The notes under the pieces were generated by a model. It was given only the letters and a program-made list of their open reading frames with translations, was not told where the DNA came from and ran no database searches. Shown piece by piece: positions 32,392 through 40,733 of a DNA stretch of 64,000 bases; position 1 is the stretch's first letter; each line of letters opens with the position of its first letter. Location of the stretch: assembly GCA_963779415.1 (NCBI GenBank), contig CAVZYA010000002.1:1312001-1376000 (forward strand), written 5' to 3'. A program made the position numbers and the translations under genes. Source of the stretch: an uncultured Acidobacteriota bacterium. Its GTDB lineage: Bacteria; Acidobacteriota; Thermoanaerobaculia; UBA5066.

Positions 32392-33057
32392 GTGGTTCTC
32401 GGTCTCGTTCTCGCCCTTCTCGCCGCGCCGGAAGGGACGGGGCCCTCGACGGCTCCGGCCTCCGCCGACGAGGTGGCGGTGTGGCTCGCGGGAACGTACG
32501 ACACGCGGGATCAGGCCGCCCGCGACGCCGAGGTTCCCGCGCTCCGGATGCTGATCGTGGCGGTGCCGAAGAGCCGCCTCTCCTTCGGGGCGCCCGTCCT
32601 CTATCTGGAGGAAGCGCCGGCCGCGAGGCCGGACCGCCCGTCGCTCCAGCGCTTTCTCCGGGTCGAGACGGACGCGGCGGGGGCGATCGTCCTTCGGAGG
32701 TTCGATCTGAAGGACGGCTCCGCCGCGGCGGGGAAGTGGCGGACGCCGGCGGACCTCGCTCTCTTCGGCCGGAACGACGTCCGCGAGCGGGCCTCCTGTG
32801 CCGTCACCCTGAAGAAGACCGCCGATCACTACGAAGGGAGCGCCGCAGCCGTGGAGTGCGTCCCCGCGCTGCTCGGAGTGATGCGGGCCACGTCGGAGAT
32901 GAGGATCTTCCCGGACCGCGTCGAGACGTGGGACCGGGGCTTCGGGGCGAAGAGCGTCCAGCTCTACGGGCCGATGCTGGAGCCGTACCGCTTCAGGAAA
33001 CGGTCGGCCGTCGCGCCGGAAGAGCTGCCGACGGCCCTCCCGGAGCCGGACCGGTGA
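32392..33057 (+). CDS. CpcT/CpeT-family (bilin lyase-like) exported protein
   Basis: WLAGTY....QA, LYLEEA, WDRGF..QLYG and PYRF; N-terminal signal peptide. Confidence 0.6.
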   Translation: MVLGLVLALLAAPEGTGPSTAPASADEVAVWLAGTYDTRDQAARDAEVPALRMLIVAVPKSRLSFGAPVLYLEEAPAARPDRPSLQRFLRVETDAAGAIVLRRFDLKDGSAAAGKWRTPADLALFGRNDVRERASCAVTLKKTADHYEGSAAAVECVPALLGVMRATSEMRIFPDRVETWDRGFGAKSVQLYGPMLEPYRFRKRSAVAPEELPTALPEPDR

Positions 33058-33902
33058 ACGCCGTCCGCCTCGCGGCCCGGAAGAGGCTCGCTGCTGCCCG
33101 GCGGATCGTCGTGAAGGCGGGGACGAACGTCGTCATGCGCGAGGAAGGGGGCGTCGCGCTCGGCCGCCTCTTCGGTCTCATCGAGTCGGTCGCCGCCCTC
33201 CGGAAGCAGGGACGCGACGTCCTGATCGTCTCCTCGGGCGCCATCGGCCTCGGCGTCCAGCGCCTCCGTCTCAAGAGCCGTCCGGCCGAGCTTTCGCTCA
33301 AGCAGGCGTGCGCGGCCGTGGGGCAGTGCCGGCTGATGGCCGTCTACGAGGAGGGCTTCGGCGCTCTCGACGTCCCGACGGCGCAGGTTCTCCTGACGGA
33401 GGACGACTTCGCCGACCCCGAGCGCTTCCGGAACCTCTCGGCGACGCTCGGCCGGCTCTTTGCGCTCGGCGTCGTCCCGATCCTGAACGAGAACGACGTT
33501 GTCTCGACGGCGGAGCTGGAGACGCCGGGCGCGGCGCGCCGGAGGATCTTCGGAGACAACGACCGGCTCTCCGCCCTCGTCATGGGGCACGTCGAGGCCG
33601 ACGCGCTCGTCATCCTCTCCGACGTGGACGGCCTCTTCACCGCTCCTCCGGCGCACGACCGGCGGGCCCGGCTGATTCCGCTCGTGACGGGCGTGACCGG
33701 CCGGATCGCCCGGTATGCGAAGGGGGCGGGAAGCCGGGGACGGGGCGGGATGGAGACGAAGCTCGAAGCGGCGCGCCTCGCGAACGAGGCGGGCGGGCTC
33801 GCCGTCATCGCGAACGGAAAGGCGCCGCACGTCCTCGACCGGCTCTTCGCGGGGGAGGAGATCGGAACGCTCTTTGTCCCGCCCCGCCGGAGACGTCCGT
33901 GA
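33054..33902 (+). CDS. proB: Glutamate 5-kinase (no PUA domain)
   Basis: VSSGAI, NENDVV, FGDNDRLS and GGMETK. Confidence 0.93.
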   Translation: MNAVRLAARKRLAAARRIVVKAGTNVVMREEGGVALGRLFGLIESVAALRKQGRDVLIVSSGAIGLGVQRLRLKSRPAELSLKQACAAVGQCRLMAVYEEGFGALDVPTAQVLLTEDDFADPERFRNLSATLGRLFALGVVPILNENDVVSTAELETPGAARRRIFGDNDRLSALVMGHVEADALVILSDVDGLFTAPPAHDRRARLIPLVTGVTGRIARYAKGAGSRGRGGMETKLEAARLANEAGGLAVIANGKAPHVLDRLFAGEEIGTLFVPPRRRRP

Positions 33903-35227
33903 GCACGCGGGAGGGGATCGGCGCGCGCGCCGCGGCGGCGAAGGCGGCTTCCCGGACGCTCGCCACCCTCCCGTCGGAGACGAAGAGCCGGGCGCTTCGG
34001 GCCGCCGCGGGACGGATCGAGTCGGAATCGGCGGCGATCCTCGATGCGAACGGGGCGGATGTCGCAGAGGCGCGGGCAGCCGTCGCGGAAGGGACGCTCG
34101 CACCGCCGCTTCTCGACCGGCTCGTCCTCGACGCGGGGAAGGTCCGGGCGATGGCGAACGGCGTCCGCGCCGTCGCGGCCCTCCCGGATCCTTCGGGGAG
34201 GATCTTTTCGAGGACGCTTCTCGATGACGGCCTCGTTCTGGAGAAAGTCTCCTGTCCCCTCGGCGTCGTCGCGGTCGTCTTCGAGTCCCGCCCCGATGCG
34301 GTGCCGCAGATCGGCGCGCTCGCTCTGAAGTCCGGCAACGCCGCGCTCCTGAAAGGGGGACGCGAGTCGGCCCGCTCGGCCTCGGCGATCCTCTCGGCGA
34401 TCCAGGGCGGTCTCGCGGAGGTCCCGGAGATTCCCGCCGACGCGCTCCAGCTCCTCTCCACCCGCGACGAGGTGGATGGGCTCCTCTCGCTCGACTCGGA
34501 GATCGACCTCGTCATCCCGCGCGGCGGAGCCGACCTCGTCGCGTACGTCCGCAGCCACACCCGGATCCCGGTCCTCGGCCACGCGGAGGGGGTCTGCCAC
34601 GTCTACATCGACCTTTCGGCGGACCCGGGGAAAGCGATCGCGATCGTCGTCGACGCCAAGACGACCTATCCGGCAGCCTGCAATGCCGCCGAGACGCTCC
34701 TCCTTCACCGCGATGCGGCGGCGCGGCTCCTTCGCCCTCTCGTGGCGGCGCTCCGAGGAAAGGGTGTCGAGATCCGCGCGTGCGAGGCGACGCGGGCTAT
34801 CGCTCCCGACCTCGGCCTCGTGCCGGCCGCGGAAGACGACTTCGGGCGCGAGTTCGGAGCGCTCGTTCTCGCCGTGAAGATGGTCGGAAGCCTCGGCGAG
34901 GCGATCGACCATGTCAACCGCTTCGGGTCGAAGCACACGGACGCCATCGTCACGGAGGACCGCGCCGCGGCGGAGCGGTTCCTCGCCGAGGTCGACGCCG
35001 CAAATGTCTTCGCGAACGCCTCGACGCGCTTCGCCGACGGCTTCCGTTACGGCTTCGGGGCCGAAGTGGGGGTCTCCACGAGCAAGCTCCACGCGCGGGG
35101 GCCGGTCGGTCTCGAGGGGCTCGTCACGTACAAGTACCGCCTCTTCGGCGAGGGACACGTGGTGGCGACGTACACGGGGGAGAACGCCCGGCCCTTCCGC
35201 CACGTGCGGCTCGACCCCGGCGACTGA
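33899..35227 (+). CDS. proA: Gamma-glutamyl phosphate reductase
   Basis: FESRPD, ACNAAE and NASTRFADGFRYGFGAEVGVST. Confidence 0.95.
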   Translation: MSTREGIGARAAAAKAASRTLATLPSETKSRALRAAAGRIESESAAILDANGADVAEARAAVAEGTLAPPLLDRLVLDAGKVRAMANGVRAVAALPDPSGRIFSRTLLDDGLVLEKVSCPLGVVAVVFESRPDAVPQIGALALKSGNAALLKGGRESARSASAILSAIQGGLAEVPEIPADALQLLSTRDEVDGLLSLDSEIDLVIPRGGADLVAYVRSHTRIPVLGHAEGVCHVYIDLSADPGKAIAIVVDAKTTYPAACNAAETLLLHRDAAARLLRPLVAALRGKGVEIRACEATRAIAPDLGLVPAAEDDFGREFGALVLAVKMVGSLGEAIDHVNRFGSKHTDAIVTEDRAAAERFLAEVDAANVFANASTRFADGFRYGFGAEVGVSTSKLHARGPVGLEGLVTYKYRLFGEGHVVATYTGENARPFRHVRLDPGD

Positions 35228-35282
35228 GCGTGCGCGCCCTCCTTCAGAACATTCGGCCTGCGAAAACGTATTCTCGGGTGCC

Positions 35283-38200
35283 ATGAAGAGAGCGCACGCT
35301 GCTTTTCTGTCCCTCCTGGCCCTTCTTCTCACCCTTCCCGCCGCCGCCGCTCCCGCGGAAGCCCCTGCCGAAGCGAGGCTTCTCCGCTTTCCCGACATCC
35401 ACGGCGACACGGTCGTCTTCTCGCACGCCGGGGACCTCTGGTCGGTCCCGGCTTCGGGAGGGATGGCCCGGCGCCTCACCTCGGGGGACGGGCTGGAGCT
35501 CTTTCCGCGCTTCTCGCCCGACGGGAAGTGGATCGCCTTCACCGGCCAGTACGACGGCTCCCTCGACGTCTACGTGATGCCCTCCGAAGGGGGCGAGCCC
35601 CGCCGTCTGACCTGGTATCCCTCCGAGGTCAACAACGACCGGATGGGCTTCGACGACATGGTCCTCGGCTGGACGCCGGACGGGAAGATCCTCTTCCGCG
35701 GACAGCGCGGCCCGCTCCGCGGGTTCATCGGCGAGCCTTATGTCGTGAGCCCGGAGGGAGGCCCCGTCGAGCGCTTTCCTCTTCCCGAATCGGGCGCCAT
35801 CTCCTTCTCGCCCGACGGGACGAGGATCGCCTACACGCGCATCTTCCGCGACTTCCGGTCGTGGAAGCGGTATCAGGGCGGCATGGCGCAGGACGTCTGG
35901 CTCTACGACCTCGGGTCGAGATCGATCGAGCGGATCACGGACTGGCCGGGGACCGACACGCAGCCGATGTGGATCGGAAACGCCATCTACTTCCTCTCGG
36001 ACCGCGAGAACTGGAAGCTGAACCTCTGGAAGTACGACCTCCCGGCGAAGACGACGACACGCGTCACGAACTTCACCGAGTACGACGTGAAGTGGCCGCA
36101 CGCGGGCTCCGGGAAGATCGTCTTCGAGAACGGAGGATTCCTCTACGTTCTCGATCCCGCGACCGGCGCCTCCACGAAGCTGAGCGTCTTACTCCCGGAC
36201 GACCGGAAGCTCGCGCGCCCCCGCTGGGTCAAGGTGGAGGACCGGATCACGAGCGTCTCGCTGGCGCCGGGAGGCCTTCGCGCCGCCGTCACCGCGCGGG
36301 GCGACGTCTTCACGGTCCCGGCCGAGAACGGGACGACCCGTAACGTGACACGGACGGAAGGAGTCCGCGAGAAGGACGCCGTCTGGTCGCCCGACGGCAA
36401 GTGGATCGCCGTCATCTCCGACGCGACGGGCGAGGAGGAGCTCCAGATCGTCCCGGAGGACGGGAAGGGGGCGCCGACGGCGCTCACTTCCGGCTCCTCG
36501 TCCTGGTCGTTCCCCCCCGTCTGGTCTCCCGACTCGAAGAAGCTCGCCTTCGCCGACCGGGCCATGCATCTCTGGGTCGTGGACGCCGCGACGAAGGAGA
36601 AGGCTCTCGTCGACACGGCGAAGATCTGGGAGATCTCCCAGTACTCCTTCGCGCCCGACTCCCGGTGGCTCGCCTACCGCAAACAGGTCGACACGGACTT
36701 CGGCGCGATCTTCCTCTGGGACGCCGGGACGAAGACGTCCACGCAGGTCACGCCGTCCGTCGTCGAGTCCGGTGACCCGGTCTTCGATCCCGAGGGGGAG
36801 TACCTCTGGTTCCTCTCGGATCGGGACATCGCCCCGACCCTCGGCGAGTTCGACACGGCCTTCACCGTGAACCGGACCACCCGCCCGTACGCCCTCCTTC
36901 TCAAGAGCGATGGCGTCTCCCCCTTCGCCCCGAAGAGCGACGAGGCAAAGAAGCCCGACCCGGCCGGTGAGACGAAAGAGGGGAAAGAGGGGGCGAAGAA
37001 GGACGAGAAGAAGCCCCCCTTCCGGATCGACCTCGCCGGTCTCGCCGACCGTGTTGTCGCGTTCCCGGTGCCGCCCGGCGACTACGGACGCCTGACCGCG
37101 GCGAAGGGGAAGCTCTTCTGGCTCTCCTTCCCCCCGGAGCCACTGACCGAGTCGGAGGGCCCGCCGGCGGCGACGCTTCAGATGTTCGATCTCGAGAAGC
37201 GGAAGGCGAGCGACCTGCTTTCGAATGTGAACGGCTACGCGCTGGCCCCCGACGGCAGCCGTCTCGCAATCCGGAGCGGGAAGACGTGGGCCATCGTCGA
37301 GCCGAAGGAAGGGTTGAAGCCGGGAGACGGGAAGCTCGATCTCTCGGGCCTCGCGATGGAGCTCGACCCGGCCAAGGAGTGGGTGCAGATCTTCCGCGAG
37401 ACGTGGCGCCTCTACCGGGACTTCTTCTACCTCCCCGACATGGGAAAGATCGACTGGACGGCGATCCGGAAACGATACGAACCGCTCGTCGCCCATGTCT
37501 CGCACCGGATCGACCTGAACTACGTTCTCGCCGAGATGGCGGCGGAGCTCGGGTCGGGGCACGCCTACGTCGGAGGAGGCGACTACCCGAAGCCGGAGCG
37601 GATGCCGGTCGGGACGCTCGGAGCCGATCTCGTTCTCGACGAGAAGTCGGGACGCTGGAAGATCGCGCGAATTCTCGAGGGGCAGAACTGGATCGACTCG
37701 CGCCGTTCGCCTCTCACGGAGCCGGGCGTGAAGGTGTCGGTCGGCGACTATCTCCTCGCCGTCGACGGCCACGAGCTGACGTCCAAGGACGAGCCGTACC
37801 GCCTCCTCGCGGGAACGGTCGGCCCGACGGGGGAGAAGCCGGTCGCCGCGGGAGGCGGCAGGACGGTCACTCTCCTCGTGAACAGCAGGCCCGCGAAAGA
37901 GGGGGCGCACGAGATCGTCGTCCGCCCGATCGCGAGCGAGGAGGACCTCCGGTACTTCACCTGGGTGGAGGAGAACCGGCGGAAGGTGGAAAAGGAGACG
38001 AATGGCCGCGTCGGTTACATCCACATTCCCGACATGGGCGCCGACGGGCTGACGGAGTTCATCCGGCAGTACTACCCGCAGCTCCGGAAGGAGGGGCTGA
38101 TCGTGGATGTCCGCGCCAACGGGGGCGGATTCGTCTCGCAGATCATCCTGGAGCGCCTCCGGCGCCGCGTGGAGGGGATGGAGGTCGCCCGAAACGCGCG

Positions 38201-38627
38201 CCCCGGTCCGTACCCCAATGCGTCCTTCAACGGACCGATGGTGGCGCTCATCAACGAGTATTCGGCCTCCGACGGCGACATCTTCCCGTACTACTTCCGG
38301 AAATACGGCCTCGGGCCTCTCATCGGCAAGCGGACATGGGGCGGCGTCGTCGGAATCCGGGGCCTCGGCGGCGGGATGGTGGACGGCGGCTACACCTTCG
38401 TCCCGGAGTTCGCGACCTACAGCCTGAAGAGCGAGTGGGTCATAGAGAACGAAGGGGTCCGGCCCGACATCGAGGTGGACAACCTTCCGGCCGACGAGAT
38501 GGCCGGGAAGGACGCGCAGCTTTCGCGCGGCATCGAGGAGATCCTGAAGCGGATCAAGGAGCACCCGCCCGTCTGGCCGCCCGAGCCGAAGCCCCGCGAC
38601 CTCGCGAACCCGGTGCCGAGGAAGTAG
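35283..38627 (+). CDS. Tricorn-like S41 protease, exported
   Basis: PD40 repeats, SGHAYVGGGD, PDZ-like region, D.R.NGGG, ASDGD and GKRTWGG. Confidence 0.92.
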   Translation: MKRAHAAFLSLLALLLTLPAAAAPAEAPAEARLLRFPDIHGDTVVFSHAGDLWSVPASGGMARRLTSGDGLELFPRFSPDGKWIAFTGQYDGSLDVYVMPSEGGEPRRLTWYPSEVNNDRMGFDDMVLGWTPDGKILFRGQRGPLRGFIGEPYVVSPEGGPVERFPLPESGAISFSPDGTRIAYTRIFRDFRSWKRYQGGMAQDVWLYDLGSRSIERITDWPGTDTQPMWIGNAIYFLSDRENWKLNLWKYDLPAKTTTRVTNFTEYDVKWPHAGSGKIVFENGGFLYVLDPATGASTKLSVLLPDDRKLARPRWVKVEDRITSVSLAPGGLRAAVTARGDVFTVPAENGTTRNVTRTEGVREKDAVWSPDGKWIAVISDATGEEELQIVPEDGKGAPTALTSGSSSWSFPPVWSPDSKKLAFADRAMHLWVVDAATKEKALVDTAKIWEISQYSFAPDSRWLAYRKQVDTDFGAIFLWDAGTKTSTQVTPSVVESGDPVFDPEGEYLWFLSDRDIAPTLGEFDTAFTVNRTTRPYALLLKSDGVSPFAPKSDEAKKPDPAGETKEGKEGAKKDEKKPPFRIDLAGLADRVVAFPVPPGDYGRLTAAKGKLFWLSFPPEPLTESEGPPAATLQMFDLEKRKASDLLSNVNGYALAPDGSRLAIRSGKTWAIVEPKEGLKPGDGKLDLSGLAMELDPAKEWVQIFRETWRLYRDFFYLPDMGKIDWTAIRKRYEPLVAHVSHRIDLNYVLAEMAAELGSGHAYVGGGDYPKPERMPVGTLGADLVLDEKSGRWKIARILEGQNWIDSRRSPLTEPGVKVSVGDYLLAVDGHELTSKDEPYRLLAGTVGPTGEKPVAAGGGRTVTLLVNSRPAKEGAHEIVVRPIASEEDLRYFTWVEENRRKVEKETNGRVGYIHIPDMGADGLTEFIRQYYPQLRKEGLIVDVRANGGGFVSQIILERLRRRVEGMEVARNARPGPYPNASFNGPMVALINEYSASDGDIFPYYFRKYGLGPLIGKRTWGGVVGIRGLGGGMVDGGYTFVPEFATYSLKSEWVIENEGVRPDIEVDNLPADEMAGKDAQLSRGIEEILKRIKEHPPVWPPEPKPRDLANPVPRK

Positions 38628-38670
38628 GACGTCGGCCCGGATCCGGGGGCCCAAAGGGAACGAGGGGCCT

Positions 38671-38754
38671 CTATAATAGAAAATAGGGACCTGACCCCGA
38701 TCTGGTTGCTATAATAGAAGATAGAGACCTGACCCTATTTGCCGCTATTTGCCG
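38671..38754. repeat. AT-rich tandem direct repeats containing GACCTGACCC
   Basis: 27-bp units at 38671-38697 and 38709-38735 (2 mismatches), then CTATTTGCCG x2. Confidence 0.85.
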
Positions 38755-39227
38755 TCGTTGTCCAGTCTCAGCTTCATCTCCAGGAAGGTCTCATGGTTCT
38801 CGTCATTCATCGTGAGGACATGCCTGCGCTGAAAACCGAACTTCTCGTACAGCCCGATCGCTCCTGTCTTCACGATCTCCACGTCGAGCTCGACCTCGGA
38901 GACCTTCATTTTCCGGAGATGGTCCAGGAGAGCCGCGATCAGGCGTGTGGCGACGCCCTCGCCCCGATGGTCCGGATGGACGGCGATTCTCATGATGACC
39001 GCGCGCTTTGCCAGGGCGCAACCGCACGCGCTCAGAAAACCGACGACCTCCTTTTCCTCGAGAACGAGGAAGAGCTCATCCAGGGCCGATCGAAACGAAG
39101 CGAGATCCCATCGATTCTCGAACGAGAGACTCTCGATCTCGAGGATCCGGCCCAGGTCGCTTTCCGTGGCCCGGCGGATCAAGCCGGAGTCGGACGGACC
39201 GATGGCCATCGGAATACCTTCCTTCAA
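38745..39227 (-). CDS. GNAT acetyltransferase (RimI-like)
   Basis: IAVHPDHRGEGVA and AIGLYEKFGF. Confidence 0.85.
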   Translation of the reverse strand: MKEGIPMAIGPSDSGLIRRATESDLGRILEIESLSFENRWDLASFRSALDELFLVLEEKEVVGFLSACGCALAKRAVIMRIAVHPDHRGEGVATRLIAALLDHLRKMKVSEVELDVEIVKTGAIGLYEKFGFQRRHVLTMNDENHETFLEMKLRLDNDGK

Positions 39228-40666
39228 CCCCCCGCGCCGGCATCACTCTTCCGCCGCGGGCCGCCTCGCCGCCGCCGCCGCCTGTGGCCGGCAGGCGAGG
39301 ACGCCTCCGGCGGCAGGACGAGGAGTCCCTCGTGGGAGGCCCGGAGGAGGGCCGGCGGGGGGACGAGCGCCTCGGGGAACGGCGCCGGAGTCGCGAGGCG
39401 GGTCCGGCTCGTCTCCTCGGGATGGGCTCCCGCGCGGTCGAGGACGTCCTGCCACGCGGCCGCGGCCTCGTGGTAGCGCCCGGAGGCCCGGGAATGGAGG
39501 GAGAGGAGCGCGAGGGCGTGCGGGAACCAGGATCGCGAAACGATTCGGCGCGCCGCCGGATGGTCCGGCCGCGTCGAGGTGAGCGCCCCGAGCGTGTAGA
39601 GCGACTGCTTGACGAGGTGCGTCGCGAGGTTCGGGAGCGACATCCGGAGCGCGAGCGGGTTCACGACGGCGTCGAGGACGAGGAGGATCTGCGAGGCGTC
39701 GACCCCTTTGCCGGCGCCGCGCGCGCGGATCGCCGAGAGGACGAGCGGAAGGAAGAGGACGCCGAGAAGGACGGCGTCCTTGTGCTTCTCGCCCTTCTCG
39801 CGCCGGGCGTCGAGATCGTGGAGCATCTTCCAGAAAAGCGCGGCGAACGGCGCCTCGGCGCCGTGGGGAGAGACGGCGTCGGAGAGTTCGGGCAGGACGA
39901 CGCCGAGGAGCCCGGTCTCGTTCCAGAGGCGGAACGTGTCGTGCCCCCACCCGCGCCGGAGCGGGTCGAGAAGCTCCTCCGTCACGCGCGGCGGGGCGCT
40001 CTTTCGCAGTTCCGTCTTCAGCTCCCCGATCGCGTCGAGAAGGGGCGTGTCCATCCGGAACTTCAGCCGCGCCGCGAACTCGCAGGCCCGGAGCATCCGG
40101 ACCGGGTCCTCCCGGAAACGGACGAGCGGGTCGCCGATCGTCCGGATGAGTCGCTGCTCGAGGTCCTCCACCCCCCCGACGTAGTCGAGGACGGCATACG
40201 TCGCGATGTCGTAGAAGAGACCGTTGACCGTGAAGTCGCGGCGCTCGGCGTCCTGCTCCGGCGTGCCGAAGACGTTGTCGGAGCGGATCAGGAGGTCGGC
40301 TTCGCCCTCGGCTCCCGGCTCGGCGTCCTCGCGCTCGGGCGTGCGCCGGAAGGTGGAGACCTCGACGACCTTTCCCCCTTCGAACAGGATGTGCGCGAGC
40401 CGGAACCGGCGTCCGATGATCCGGGAGTTGCGGAAGAGCCGGCGGATCTCCTGCGGGCGGGCGTCGGTCCCGATGTCGAAATCCTTCGGGGTCCGTCCCG
40501 TCATCAGGTCGCGGACGGAGCCTCCGACGAGGTACGCCTTGAAACCCGCGCGGTGCAGGCGGTAGAGGACGCGCAGCGCGTCCGGATCGATGTAGCCGCG
40601 CGAGATGGGGTGCTCGGCGCGAGGGAGGATCCGGGGAATGGTCATCCCGGAGGGTGCCCGAGACAC
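39224..40666 (-). CDS. pcnB: Poly(A) polymerase I
   Basis: GGSVRD..DFD, PAP signature IIGRRFRLAHI, RRDFTVN and EDPVRMLR. Confidence 0.88.
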   Translation of the reverse strand: MSRAPSGMTIPRILPRAEHPISRGYIDPDALRVLYRLHRAGFKAYLVGGSVRDLMTGRTPKDFDIGTDARPQEIRRLFRNSRIIGRRFRLAHILFEGGKVVEVSTFRRTPEREDAEPGAEGEADLLIRSDNVFGTPEQDAERRDFTVNGLFYDIATYAVLDYVGGVEDLEQRLIRTIGDPLVRFREDPVRMLRACEFAARLKFRMDTPLLDAIGELKTELRKSAPPRVTEELLDPLRRGWGHDTFRLWNETGLLGVVLPELSDAVSPHGAEAPFAALFWKMLHDLDARREKGEKHKDAVLLGVLFLPLVLSAIRARGAGKGVDASQILLVLDAVVNPLALRMSLPNLATHLVKQSLYTLGALTSTRPDHPAARRIVSRSWFPHALALLSLHSRASGRYHEAAAAWQDVLDRAGAHPEETSRTRLATPAPFPEALVPPPALLRASHEGLLVLPPEASSPAGHRRRRRRGGPRRKSDAGAGG

Positions 40667-40733
40667 ATCGGTGGAATTGTAGCCGACGTCACCCAAGCGC
40701 ATCCGGGCCGGCAGCCGTAAACTGCCGCTGCCA

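Noticed and set aside
38671-38735. CRISPR array
   Set aside because: Only two units with an 11-bp spacer and no cas genes.
39224-40666. CCA-adding enzyme
   Set aside because: It carries the poly(A) polymerase signature IIGRRFRLAHI.
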